A stretch of DNA of 64,000 nt, taken from positions 96,001 to 160,000 of the IMG/VR virus record IMGVR_UViG_3300034069_002177, one strand, 5' to 3'. The notes beneath the pieces were generated by a model. That model saw nothing but the letters and a program-made list of their open reading frames with translations. It was not told the DNA's origin and ran no database searches. The DNA is from a virus. Its lineage: Duplodnaviria; Caudoviricetes. Numbering within the stretch: the stretch's first letter is position 1; each line of letters starts with the position of its first letter. Below are positions 37,972 through 47,937 of this stretch, piece after piece. Position numbers and translations under genes: made by a program.

Positions 37972-39441
37972 ATGGGTAGCATCATTGCAGGTGGTAGTAG
38001 CAACTACCGTAAGCTCACCAACGAGCAGCGCGACTTCTTCGACACCATCGCCATTCGCGCCATGTCGAACAACGTCGGCGCTCCGTACCTGCGTTCGCAG
38101 ATCGTTTCGCTCTACCCCATTGCCGTTGGTGATGAGATGGGCGAGCACTTCACTTTCGCCGTTGACAAGCGCGGTCGCGTCTACATCAACTTCGAGCGTG
38201 TCATGGAACTCGGAATCGTCTGGGCTGCCGGTGGACTCATTCACGAGTGCTGGCACGTTCTGCTTCAGCACTTCGACCGTCGTCAGCCCGAGCACAAGGT
38301 CGAGGACTTCTGGGCGTGGGCTACCGACATGGAGATCAACCAGAACCTTCCTGCCGACGCCAAGGCTGTCATGAAGCAGATCTACTACCCCAGCAGCTTC
38401 GGTTTCCAGGATGGTCTCCGCGCCGAGGAATACTACGACCTGCTCGTGGAGAAGTTCAAGGACCAGCAGAAGAAGCAGAAGCAGGGCAAGCAGGGACAGC
38501 CTCAGCAGGGTCAGGGCGGTGGTCAGGGTCAGGGACAGCCTCAGCAGGGCGATGGTCAGCCTCAGCAGGGTCAGGGCGGTGGCAGTGGTCAGCCTCAGCA
38601 GGGTCAGCCTGGTACCGGTCGGGGTAAGAGCGGTATGGACACTCCGTTCCAGTCCGACATGGATGACTGCGGTTCCGCTCAGCACGGTCATGGTGACCCT
38701 CGCGAAGCCGGTCGTGGTGACGCTCCCGAGCGTAGCGAAATGGACCACCAGTACACCCGCAACGAGGTTGCTAACAGCATCCAGCGTGCCGCTGACAGCG
38801 CCAACGACCCCAACCGTCGTAGCAAGGGTATCGGTACCGTTCCCGACTTCGTGAAGGCGTGGGCGGCTGAAATTCTGACGCCGCCGAAGGTTCGCTGGCA
38901 GAGTGTTCTGCGTGGCGAGTACGCCATGACTCAGCGGCGTGCCAAGATGGGTCGTACGCACACCAACCCGCGTATGCCTGGTCGTGTTCAGCCTGTCGAG
39001 GACATCATGTTCCCGAAGCGTAAGGCTCACCGCATCAACGTTGGTATCGCGTTCGATTCGTCGGGCTCGAACTTCGACAACCTCCAGTACGTTCTCACGG
39101 AGGTCAACGAGATCATTCGCCGTGGCGGTGTGGATAACGTCTACATCTTCTCGGTGGACGCTGACGTAAAGGATGTCAAGCGCATCCGCCGCGTGTCGGA
39201 GATCGAGTTCGTGGGTGGCGGCGGAACCGACATGCGTGTTGCCTTCACCAAGCTCGCTGAAATGAAGGTCGATGTCGGTATCGTCCTGACGGACAACGAG
39301 ACCCCCTGGCCCGCCGAGAAGCCGGAGGGAAAGACCCACTTCATCGTGGGTGGAATCGTTAGCTACGCTGGTGCTGAGCAGTATTACGACCAGATTCCTG
39401 ACTTCCTCCGCAAGGTCAAGATCGACCTCACCGACAAGTAA
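37972..39441 (+). CDS. DUF2201-like metallopeptidase plus vWA domain protein
   Basis: TFAVD...RVYIN, HECWH (HExxH), WAWATDMEINQ, a Gln/Gly linker, vWA MIDAS-like FDSSGS and GGGGTDM. Confidence 0.9.
   Translation: MGSIIAGGSSNYRKLTNEQRDFFDTIAIRAMSNNVGAPYLRSQIVSLYPIAVGDEMGEHFTFAVDKRGRVYINFERVMELGIVWAAGGLIHECWHVLLQHFDRRQPEHKVEDFWAWATDMEINQNLPADAKAVMKQIYYPSSFGFQDGLRAEEYYDLLVEKFKDQQKKQKQGKQGQPQQGQGGGQGQGQPQQGDGQPQQGQGGGSGQPQQGQPGTGRGKSGMDTPFQSDMDDCGSAQHGHGDPREAGRGDAPERSEMDHQYTRNEVANSIQRAADSANDPNRRSKGIGTVPDFVKAWAAEILTPPKVRWQSVLRGEYAMTQRRAKMGRTHTNPRMPGRVQPVEDIMFPKRKAHRINVGIAFDSSGSNFDNLQYVLTEVNEIIRRGGVDNVYIFSVDADVKDVKRIRRVSEIEFVGGGGTDMRVAFTKLAEMKVDVGIVLTDNETPWPAEKPEGKTHFIVGGIVSYAGAEQYYDQIPDFLRKVKIDLTDK
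38497..38603 (+). repeat. Four CAGCCTCAGCAGGG (QPQQG) copies in the linker
   Basis: Copies start at 38497, 38536, 38557 and 38590. Confidence 0.9.
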
Positions 39442-39474
39442 TCCAAGAAATTTCGAAAAAGTTCCAAAATCAAC

Positions 39475-39503
39475 TTGACAAGTGGTTTGAAAACCCCTAG
39501 TCT
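39475..39503 (+). promoter_or_regulatory. Promoter for the AAA ATPase gene
   Basis: TTGACA-17 nt-TAGTCT. Confidence 0.75.
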
Positions 39504-39544
39504 ATAAATGTCAGTCAAAACAAATACACGAAAGAGAGACACAA

Positions 39545-40744
39545 ATGTCCGACGCAATTGCACTCACCAAGGCTACCGAGACCGCCACGGTCATCCCCGC
39601 CACCTTCGCCGGTCCTAGCTGGTTCGCCACGTCCGATGAGGGTGTTGCCCAGCAGGCATTCATCGAGACCATGCTCCGCGCTGGTATCCCTCCCATCCTC
39701 TGGGGTCCGCCCGGTTCCGGTAAGACCCAGACCGTCTTCGCCATTGCTCACAAGCTCGGCTATGACGTGCAGGTCGTCATCGGTGCCCGCAAGGAGCCCA
39801 CCTTCCTCGAAGGTATCCCGATTGTCGTCCGTCCCGAGGGCAAGCGCGCCACCACGGTCAACGCTCTCCCCGAGTGGTTCGAGTACGCGATGGCTCACCC
39901 TCGTACCATCATCTTCTTCGATGAGATCGGTTCCATCAGCGAGGACGTGCAGGCTTCGATGCTCTCCGTCATCGAGGAGCGCGAGATCGATGGAGTCAAG
40001 CTGCCCGACGAGGTTCGCTTCATCGCTGCTGGTAACGACATCGACCAGGCGGCGAACGGTCAGTACCTCGCTCCGCCGTTCGCGAACCGTTTCGCGCACC
40101 ACAACTTCAACCTCCCCGACATGGACTGGGTGGACGGTTTCCGCCAGAACTTCGGCAAGCCTGCCGATGACCGCCTCAAGGCTGAGCTTGCTCGACTCAG
40201 CGGTTACCTGTACACCAACAGCACCGCTATCTCGCCCAAGGTGGACACGAACCCCGAGAAGTCGGGCAAGGCGTGGGCTTCGCGTCGCACGTGGACCAAG
40301 CTCGCTCAGGCTCTCGCTCACACCGCACCCGAGGACCGCATCGTCCGCGACATGACAATTGCTTCGCTCGTCGGTCTCGACCAGGGTGCCGCCTTCAAGA
40401 CGTGGGATGCCGCGCTCAACTTCCCCGAGATCGACGAACTGCTCGCTCTCGCCAAGGACGAGAAGCACGACTGGGGTTCCTACGACACCGACAAGGTGTA
40501 CTCGATGCTCGCCTACGCTCTCAACTTCCTCAAGAAGGAGAACTTCGAGCAGGTCGTGGACTTCTTCGTCGCTGTCGGTGACAAGCACCAGGCTGTCGGC
40601 TTCGTCATGTCGGGTCAGCTTGCCTCGCGCATTCTCCCCCTGTTCGGTGTTTCCGAGAGCGAACTCCCCAAGGAGGTGTACGTCCAGCTTGGTAAGCTGA
40701 GCAAGTCGTACAAGCGCACTCAGGAAGCCGCTGGCGGTCGCTGA
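39545..40744 (+). CDS. MoxR/dynein-related AAA+ ATPase
   Basis: LWGPPGSGKT, IFFDEI, FIAAGN and PFANRF.H. Confidence 0.92.
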   Translation: MSDAIALTKATETATVIPATFAGPSWFATSDEGVAQQAFIETMLRAGIPPILWGPPGSGKTQTVFAIAHKLGYDVQVVIGARKEPTFLEGIPIVVRPEGKRATTVNALPEWFEYAMAHPRTIIFFDEIGSISEDVQASMLSVIEEREIDGVKLPDEVRFIAAGNDIDQAANGQYLAPPFANRFAHHNFNLPDMDWVDGFRQNFGKPADDRLKAELARLSGYLYTNSTAISPKVDTNPEKSGKAWASRRTWTKLAQALAHTAPEDRIVRDMTIASLVGLDQGAAFKTWDAALNFPEIDELLALAKDEKHDWGSYDTDKVYSMLAYALNFLKKENFEQVVDFFVAVGDKHQAVGFVMSGQLASRILPLFGVSESELPKEVYVQLGKLSKSYKRTQEAAGGR

Positions 40745-40749
40745 AAGAA

Positions 40750-40783
40750 TTCGGACCGCCGACCTCTTTCTCGGCGGTCCGAA
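40750..40783 (+). terminator. Hairpin after the AAA gene
   Basis: TTCGGACCGCCGA / TCGGCGGTCCGAA 13-bp stem; no U tract. Confidence 0.65.
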
Positions 40784-40887
40784 GAGTGGGCGACCACTGA
40801 CTGACATCTGAATGTCGCCCCAAGGTGGGATGCACAACTAACTATTTGAAGTTATGTGCATCCCACCCCTCGTTAACAGGAGAAATC

Positions 40888-41715
40888 ATGATCACCGTTC
40901 GTAATGGATATGTCAGAATCCCCATGCCGAGCCTCGAAGCCGTTTGTCGAGTCATTCGCGCAATCCGAACTACGAATAGCGAAACCTCTCTTGAAATGAA
41001 GTTTCGCAAGAGCAACTTGTATGACTTGCTCAAGGGCAAGAACGCTGCCTCTGGCTCTACTTATGATGACGCGGTATTGCTTGTGAACCTATGGCTGAAC
41101 AAGCCCGGTTATCTTTCAGCGGTCATTGGCATGAATGCCGAAAATTCTAGGGAGATAGTCTTCTATTCCGACACAAACACTGTCGATGGTGCCGCCAATT
41201 TTGCTCACCATTTCCTTTCTCAGAACATCGATACTTTTCGCGCCAACGAGAACATTGTCGCCTTTCTGGTCGATGTCTACCGTATCCCAATGGCACGAGC
41301 AGCCTATTTTGGTGCATTCGTTGATGGTATCTCAGGCAAAGACCTCACTGCCTTCAAGACTCTTGAACTTAGCCCCGAGGAAGTATTCGTCTACAAGACC
41401 AAAGGAATGATTATCACCAATCCTCAGGGAATCAAAGACGATTACCTTGCTATCAAAACCGCTACGGGTTCGGCTGAGTCAGTTCTTTTTGCCTCCATTG
41501 GATTCAATACGAAACTCAGTATCGAAGTAATCAACCACGAAATTAGTTTCATGAGCTTCATGGATATTCTTCGTCGAGGCGATTCCATGCGTGAGTTGTC
41601 AATCATGTTCGAGTACACAATCGATCCGTTCCTCATGAAGGCTTTGAACGACGCTGAGAGCCTCGGATACGCCACAGAGGGCTTCGTTCTCATGGGGCTT
41701 TCCAACGCTGCGTAG
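40888..41715 (+). CDS. Hypothetical protein
   Basis: AGGAGA RBS before ATG 40888. Confidence 0.7.
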   Translation: MITVRNGYVRIPMPSLEAVCRVIRAIRTTNSETSLEMKFRKSNLYDLLKGKNAASGSTYDDAVLLVNLWLNKPGYLSAVIGMNAENSREIVFYSDTNTVDGAANFAHHFLSQNIDTFRANENIVAFLVDVYRIPMARAAYFGAFVDGISGKDLTAFKTLELSPEEVFVYKTKGMIITNPQGIKDDYLAIKTATGSAESVLFASIGFNTKLSIEVINHEISFMSFMDILRRGDSMRELSIMFEYTIDPFLMKALNDAESLGYATEGFVLMGLSNAA

Positions 41716-41791
41716 CCGATTCTGTCGGTGGTGGGTGCCATCATAGAGGTACGCGGCAAAGTCTTCGCGTTCAATTAGAGGAAGCCACATC

Positions 41792-42355
41792 GTGAACGCG
41801 GTAGCTATCAAATGCAGAAAATGCAACAGAACCACACTCGATCCTAGTGGACTTTGTTTCTACCACAAGAACTCAACGAACACAGCTAAGGCTACTCGCT
41901 CGGTACCAGCACTAAAGTCCTCATCGAGCAACGGAGAAGACTTCCCAAAGTCGCAAGGATGGTTGGCTCATGAAACGGGGATTAGCGTAGCTGACTACGC
42001 ACAAGGCGTTTCGATGCTAGATCTGCCCGAAGATGAACAGTTCGTTCACTGGATGAAGGCACGCGTATCTATCAGGGCAATAGAGTCTGTTTATGCTCGC
42101 AAGGGTGTGGATGGCGCAAAGGATTACGCAAATAGCTGTGATGACACATCTTTAGCGCTCATTTGGGAGAGGCTAAACGGAAGCACGATGTCCGAGTTCA
42201 CAAGTGACGGACTCCGCGAAGGTTTCGTATCCGTAGTACGCGACCAAGTGGAACAGCGTGTCGAAAATGGCACCTTTGCGCCACTTCCTATTGATGGATA
42301 TATCCAAGCTTTCGGTGCATCTGATGAGCCGAGCAGCGCTTCTAGCTTCTTCTGA
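41792..42355 (+). CDS. Protein with an N-terminal CxxC-x10-CxxH tag
   Basis: AIKCRKCNRTTLDPSGLCFYH. Confidence 0.75.
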   Translation: MNAVAIKCRKCNRTTLDPSGLCFYHKNSTNTAKATRSVPALKSSSSNGEDFPKSQGWLAHETGISVADYAQGVSMLDLPEDEQFVHWMKARVSIRAIESVYARKGVDGAKDYANSCDDTSLALIWERLNGSTMSEFTSDGLREGFVSVVRDQVEQRVENGTFAPLPIDGYIQAFGASDEPSSASSFF

Positions 42356-42449
42356 AAATCGACTCGTTTGGGGTGGTCGTAAACAGCATTGTCGCCGTTT
42401 CGCTCTGATAGCATGAACCCGCTTAATAGGGATCGCTTGAAGAATTGGA

Positions 42450-43019
42450 ATGACGATGACTGCTACAACGGCACATGTGTTGCCAGATGAAGTGAGCAAC
42501 TTCCTACGGGACGTTCATCTCCACGGCAAGCCCGAATGCGCTAACTACTATTTCAAGGTTGCTGCCAAAAGTGGATGGTCCTTGCGCAAAATTGGCGGTG
42601 CTGTCGGGTTCTCTGCCGAAGCAATCAGAAACCGCATCAAGAATCTTGAACTAAATGAGGCTCATGCACTGGAGAGCGCACCTGTCATCCCCGAGTATCA
42701 ACCCGCACCCAAAAAGGTTCCTGAACCCAAGCAGAAAGAACTGCGGTACGTCATTCCCAAGTCGGTAGCGAAGAAGCTCCAAGACTTGAAAATTCTCGCC
42801 GCGCAAGTGAGTAGAAATACCCCCGAAGATGCACCTTCGAGACTAGCTAGCGCCGAGTTGGCTAGGTTGATGTTCGTTGAAAAGAGCAATGGAGCTACCT
42901 ATCAAGAAATAGCCGAAGCTACCGGTTTGTCATCGTGGGCTTCTGTAAAGTTCCGCCTGGGTCGTCACGGCTATATCAATCTCCCGCCGTCAATGGCGCA
43001 CGAACGTATTCTCAGTTAG
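42450..43019 (+). CDS. Protein with two helix-turn-helix motifs
   Basis: GWSLRKIGGAVGFSAEAIRNRI and GATYQEIAEATGLSSWASVKFRL. Confidence 0.8.
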   Translation: MTMTATTAHVLPDEVSNFLRDVHLHGKPECANYYFKVAAKSGWSLRKIGGAVGFSAEAIRNRIKNLELNEAHALESAPVIPEYQPAPKKVPEPKQKELRYVIPKSVAKKLQDLKILAAQVSRNTPEDAPSRLASAELARLMFVEKSNGATYQEIAEATGLSSWASVKFRLGRHGYINLPPSMAHERILS

Positions 43020-43120
43020 GAAGCTTTGATAGGGTGTGGCAAATTTCCATGTCAGTGGGTTTGTAGTACACTTGAATGCAGTAGGAAAGAAGCATCCTAG
43101 CGCAAATTGGAGGTGGCGAA

Positions 43121-43543
43121 ATGGCTCAAATGAAATTCGCTGTCAAGTGCCAAATGTGCAAAAACACTACTAAAGATCCTAGCGGTCTTTGCCAGCACCA
43201 CCGCAATCTCAGTGGTAGCGCGGTTCGCAAGCTGACATTCGGCTCGGGTTTGACCCCCAAGCAGGAAACGCTGAAAAGTGCCGTGGTAAGTAACACCGAA
43301 GACCAGAATCTTTATCTGAGCGCAGCGAGCATCCAAAACGAGATTGTCAAGGGCATCGCTTACGAATTAGATCTCACAGACGGATACGGCGAAGAATTCG
43401 ACACTCTGCAATCCGTAGAGGAAGCGGGCAAACCTAATGAAGGTCTTCTTGCATTCACAACTGTGGGCGGCGTGACAATGTACTTCTCCCCTGAGGAATT
43501 CGTAGATGTTCGTCTCGGTGATTCAGCCGTCAACGCCGCTTAG
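43121..43543 (+). CDS. Protein with an N-terminal CxxC-x10-CxxH tag
   Basis: GGAGG RBS; AVKCQMCKNTTKDPSGLCQHH. Confidence 0.8.
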   Translation: MAQMKFAVKCQMCKNTTKDPSGLCQHHRNLSGSAVRKLTFGSGLTPKQETLKSAVVSNTEDQNLYLSAASIQNEIVKGIAYELDLTDGYGEEFDTLQSVEEAGKPNEGLLAFTTVGGVTMYFSPEEFVDVRLGDSAVNAA

Positions 43544-44217
43544 AGACCGCTAACGGCAATCGAGAAGATAGCCAATACGGGGATGATGATAAGAGCCGCG
43601 CCGAAGTACGTCATGTAGCGTCTACCAAATCGACGCGGGGGCTTGCCTGCACCATTGTCAACTATCTTGACGACGCTACCGGTACGCATGAGTCGGAATT
43701 TCTCTACTTCGTTGATACCCTGTGGCTTGTATCCCAAGAGTTTGTCTGAGCGATAATCATTTTCCAAATCAAATGTGTCGATGACCGGGAATTGGTTCGG
43801 GAACCACCGGAAGAACCCTTTGACTAGCGCTACAAAATCAGATGCAGTGTCTCGACTGTTGTCTACGAGACTCCGTACTTCGTCTTCAAACGTCTGACCA
43901 TCTTCACGGGACAGAAGCATCTCCTTGACGGACTTAGGCGTCCCGTCTGGGTGAAGCGTAAGCTGTTCTTTCCACGTCCTACCCGAGACATCTTGCTTCG
44001 GTTTGCGAACGGTAGGCTCATCCCGCTGCGTTTCTAGAATAATGGAATGACCACTCCAGTGAATCTGACCTATCGTGTCGATGAAGAATGGCTGATTGGC
44101 GTAGTCGAGCTTGCCTGCCCCATTGGATGAGACAGTGACTGTCGTGACGTTACCATCAGAGTTGTTCCTGATGGTGACTCGATCATTGGGCTGTAGTTCT
44201 GGGATGCTGAGCGGCAC
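43540..44217 (-). CDS. Hypothetical protein with a C-terminal membrane anchor
   Basis: Hydrophobic C-terminal helix after a basic patch. Confidence 0.7.
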   Translation of the reverse strand: MPLSIPELQPNDRVTIRNNSDGNVTTVTVSSNGAGKLDYANQPFFIDTIGQIHWSGHSIILETQRDEPTVRKPKQDVSGRTWKEQLTLHPDGTPKSVKEMLLSREDGQTFEDEVRSLVDNSRDTASDFVALVKGFFRWFPNQFPVIDTFDLENDYRSDKLLGYKPQGINEVEKFRLMRTGSVVKIVDNGAGKPPRRFGRRYMTYFGAALIIIPVLAIFSIAVSGL

Positions 44218-44232
44218 TGTTCGTCCTTCGAC

Positions 44233-46206
44233 TTAATCAAACAACGCACTGAGCGTGTTATCCGTATTGACTACACTATCATTTGTGTTCGGCTTAGACA
44301 CCAACTCGCGAGCGGTTGCCTCAAAATCAGCGGCATCCATCACTTTGATGCCAAGCGATGCAGCCTTCTGCAATTTAGAACCGGCATCTTCACCAGCAAC
44401 TACGAGGTCCGTGGTCTTGCTGACGCTTGACTGAACATTGGCACCCAGTTTCTTAGCCTCGTCCGCAGCCTGCGTGCGACCGAACGTAGGAAACTTTCCC
44501 GTCATGACGAGGTTGAGTCCAATGAAAGGACTTGCGTTAGGTACCACAACACGCTCTGCTTCTACAGGCTTGTACCCGTATCGGACATACAGTTCACGCT
44601 CGGTACGCTCGATTCGCTCCTGAGCAGCAATGACACTCTTTGCCTTGGTACCCCCAAAGCGGGGAATTGCCAGAAGATCTTCTTCGCTTGCCTGAGCGAT
44701 ACCGCCGAGAGTGTGAAACCTTTCCGCAAGCTGGGTAGCAGTCGAAAGAGATGCGCGAGCAATTCCCAATGCAGCGAACCATTTGGCAACCGTTGCGCCC
44801 TTGATGGCATCCTGAATAGCCTTGACAGCCTTATTGGCGGAAACGGTACCCTGCCGGTCCAGTTCCGTAATCTGAGCAGGTGTGACACCAAGCATGTCCA
44901 CGAGGTCTTTGACGATGCCTGCGGCAACAAGCTTACCTACGAGAACGGATGAAACTCCCAGAACCCCAAGCTGTCCAAGCCCATAGGTGATGATCGTGAC
45001 AGGGTCGCAGCCACCTACAGAGCAAACAATGTCTTTGTTCTTGAAATAGATGGGCGATCCACAGGTGGGGCAGGCATCGGGAATGGCAATATCTACCGCA
45101 TCGGGGGAGTGGTCGCCGTTTCGACCAATGACATAAGGAATAACTTCGTTGCTGCGCTGAACATCAATCGTGTCATTGATTTTGATATCCATTTCCTGAA
45201 GGAAAGTTGCATTGTGAAGTGTAGCGCGAGCTACATCAACGCCAAGCTTGATGGGTTCGAAAACTGCCACCGGAACGATGCGTCCAGTACGCCCAGTGCT
45301 CCACTCGACAGCGTGAAGAACAGTCTGCTTGACTTCGGACTTGAACTTGAAAGCGACAGCCCAGTTAGGAGACGTGGATGATTCACCGAGGGCATCCCTC
45401 GTGGGCTGATCTCCTACCTTAATGACTACACCATCGGAATCAAATCCAAAGTCCTTACGCTCTGTTTCAAGGCGGGTGATGAGAGCCATGATGGAAGCAG
45501 CATGGTCTTCCTTGACCGTTTCGAAGAAGTGTTCGATAGAAGTGAGAAATCCCTCTTCTTCTAGCTGCCAAGTGGGCAGGTCGCCGCCGTAGGTTACGAA
45601 GTCAACGAACTCACCAATACCGGTAACGTTTTTGCGACGAATGATTCCGGTGGCAGTGTTTCGCGGGTTCGAGTAGTCGCCACCCAGGGGCGAGTTGTTC
45701 AGCTTCTCAAAATTCTCATGAGTGACGATGACTTCACCTCGAACTTCCGTCCGAACACGACCGGTGTCGATAGAGTCAGGCAGTTTTCCAGCGGAAATGA
45801 GTTCACGAATAGCGGGGGTGATGTCCTCCCCATAGATGCCGTTCCCTCGCGTAACGGCGCGCTCGAAGTATCCATCGACACCATAGATGACCGATGCTGC
45901 GCCACCGTCGTACTTCAATTCAACGGTGTATTTACGAGCCTCAGAGTTCTTGACGAATTCCTCGATATCTTCGGCGGCAAAAACTTTACGAAGAGAGAGC
46001 ATGCGCTCCTTATGGGCAATCTTGCCTTCAGGAACATACCCGTGACCGACGCCCGCTTCTTCCTCGTCCACGCCAAGTGAATCCAACTCAGCAACGATGA
46101 GATCGAACTCGTCATCTGAGATGACGGACTCGCCGGAGTAATAAGCCTGAGAGGCTTCATCTCGCTTGGCGCTCAGCGCGGCGATGCGTTCTTCTTTGTT
46201 AGTCAC
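44233..46206 (-). CDS. ligA: NAD-dependent DNA ligase
   Basis: ELKYDG, TRGNG..GEDIT, EVRGE, DGVVIK, GRTGRI.P, ATLHN, a C4 zinc finger, HhH repeats and a C-terminal BRCT domain. Confidence 0.96.
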   Translation of the reverse strand: MTNKEERIAALSAKRDEASQAYYSGESVISDDEFDLIVAELDSLGVDEEEAGVGHGYVPEGKIAHKERMLSLRKVFAAEDIEEFVKNSEARKYTVELKYDGGAASVIYGVDGYFERAVTRGNGIYGEDITPAIRELISAGKLPDSIDTGRVRTEVRGEVIVTHENFEKLNNSPLGGDYSNPRNTATGIIRRKNVTGIGEFVDFVTYGGDLPTWQLEEEGFLTSIEHFFETVKEDHAASIMALITRLETERKDFGFDSDGVVIKVGDQPTRDALGESSTSPNWAVAFKFKSEVKQTVLHAVEWSTGRTGRIVPVAVFEPIKLGVDVARATLHNATFLQEMDIKINDTIDVQRSNEVIPYVIGRNGDHSPDAVDIAIPDACPTCGSPIYFKNKDIVCSVGGCDPVTIITYGLGQLGVLGVSSVLVGKLVAAGIVKDLVDMLGVTPAQITELDRQGTVSANKAVKAIQDAIKGATVAKWFAALGIARASLSTATQLAERFHTLGGIAQASEEDLLAIPRFGGTKAKSVIAAQERIERTERELYVRYGYKPVEAERVVVPNASPFIGLNLVMTGKFPTFGRTQAADEAKKLGANVQSSVSKTTDLVVAGEDAGSKLQKAASLGIKVMDAADFEATARELVSKPNTNDSVVNTDNTLSALFD

Positions 46207-46353
46207 GATTTCTTCTTTCTTCGATACGTCAATCTACCACATTGAAAGGGATACCGCAATGCAACTTAGGAAGGGTCCAGACGGACAAGTTTTCGTATTC
46301 GGAATGAGTATGCACGTTGTCGTATAGGATGAACCACGAATACAGGAGCGTTC

Positions 46354-47133
46354 ATGAAAAGACTTGTCGGACTGGCAGCCATTACGGTTGCAACCGTTGC
46401 CTTGCTGACGGGTTGTACCGCCATTCAAAGCAAGCCCGAAGTCATCCACTACCCCACTTACCCAGAACAGAATGTTTCTGCTCCCAAGTATGACACAAAA
46501 GCCGGTAAGGCAACGAAGCAAATTAGCTACAACAGCGAGTCGGTGCAGACAAGCACGCTCATTCCTAATACCACCATCAGCCCAGATTCCATTCCTCAGG
46601 ATTTGCAAGATTCCAAGGTATTTGATATCACCCCACCGGTAGAAAACCAACCATTTATTGTCAAGATCACTTACAGGAGCAACAAGGCTGGATACTTCAC
46701 AGGGGTGTCATCAACAGGTGATTACACGGACACTATCAATTCATTCGATTCTCCTGGTACAAAATACGCCATTATTGGCGTGTACGGTAAGTCTCAGACT
46801 GAGGGCGTCAAGGTGTTCGGTGACGGGCAATGGACATTAGACATCACCCCTATTTCACAGTTGCCTGTTTTCAATGGCAAGAAAATTAGTGGCACAGGAG
46901 CTAAGGCGTTTCTTGTCAACGGCAAAACCGTCAACGTCCTCATCGCGGACGATGGTGCCGGTTTCAATCTTTACTCTTATGGGTACCAGAACCGAGTTCT
47001 CGAAAGCAACAACAGCGGGTCGCAGAATCTCAATACGGCACTACCCGGTAACGGCACAATTGTGATAGTCGATTACGACAAGCCCTGGTCCATCACCAAA
47101 GCTAAGAAGGTCGTCAGTGAAGAAGCTAAGTAA
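46354..47133 (+). CDS. Lipoprotein, paralogue of 47117-47869
   Basis: Lipobox LLTGC; two beta-rich repeats (GQWTL.I, SGTG). Confidence 0.8.
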   Translation: MKRLVGLAAITVATVALLTGCTAIQSKPEVIHYPTYPEQNVSAPKYDTKAGKATKQISYNSESVQTSTLIPNTTISPDSIPQDLQDSKVFDITPPVENQPFIVKITYRSNKAGYFTGVSSTGDYTDTINSFDSPGTKYAIIGVYGKSQTEGVKVFGDGQWTLDITPISQLPVFNGKKISGTGAKAFLVNGKTVNVLIADDGAGFNLYSYGYQNRVLESNNSGSQNLNTALPGNGTIVIVDYDKPWSITKAKKVVSEEAK

Positions 47134-47869
47134 AGCCATCGCGGCAATGATTGCCGTGTCATTTCTACTCACCGCCTGTTCAAGTAGCAAGCCGGAGCCA
47201 GTACCGACTGCCACCAAAACAGAGGCGGCAGTCGTGCGCCCCAATTACGACACTAGTGATAAAGCTTCGATTCCTTTCACCATCAATGGAACTGGCTCAC
47301 GAGACATCAAAATCAACTTCCCTACTGGCTACAAGGAACCGTCTCTAGTGACCCTAAGTAGTAATGGCGCTGTCGATGTAACAGAGCTAAACTATGACGG
47401 TGACAGTGTTGCGGATACCGTCAGTATTGATTCCGACGAGGGTGGCTCCCAAACAGTCGCCAAATACCCCACAGCAGATACCCCCGCTCGAACTTCCAAC
47501 TTCCACGTCGATGCCAAGGATGGAGTTGCATGGGCTATCAGTGCGCAGTCATTGGGTTCCGTTCAGAAATTGTCCAGCCTCAGCGTTTCAGGTACCGAAT
47601 CGCAAATCTTTATGCTCGATTCAAAGGCTAACGTTCTGGACTTCAAAACCATCGGTGATGGTTCGGCAACGGTCTACATCATTCCTCTTAAAGGCGATTC
47701 ACCGGTATCGCTCGGTGGAGGTCAGGACACGGGCAACTACAGAACGCCAGCCTCTTCATCTAACGCCAATCTTAAGAACTATGAAGGCTCGGTATTCGAG
47801 ATTGTAGCGAACAACCCGGATACGCAGAGCTACCAATTGATTTTCACACAGCAAAATCTTGACAACTAG
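47117..47869 (+). CDS. Lipoprotein, paralogue of 46354-47133
   Basis: Lipobox LLTAC; NGTG, GVAWAI and SGTE blocks. Confidence 0.8.
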   Translation: MKKLSKAIAAMIAVSFLLTACSSSKPEPVPTATKTEAAVVRPNYDTSDKASIPFTINGTGSRDIKINFPTGYKEPSLVTLSSNGAVDVTELNYDGDSVADTVSIDSDEGGSQTVAKYPTADTPARTSNFHVDAKDGVAWAISAQSLGSVQKLSSLSVSGTESQIFMLDSKANVLDFKTIGDGSATVYIIPLKGDSPVSLGGGQDTGNYRTPASSSNANLKNYEGSVFEIVANNPDTQSYQLIFTQQNLDN

Positions 47870-47937
47870 CACACAATTGAAGCGATTGCGTAAGAATGTC
47901 AGAGGTGTTCGTTATTCTTTAAACACGAACACAAGGA

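Noticed and set aside
37936-40837. Long antisense ORFs (467 aa and 440 aa) opposite the vWA and AAA genes
   Set aside because: Shadow ORFs caused by strong codon bias on the sense strand; no motifs or RBS.
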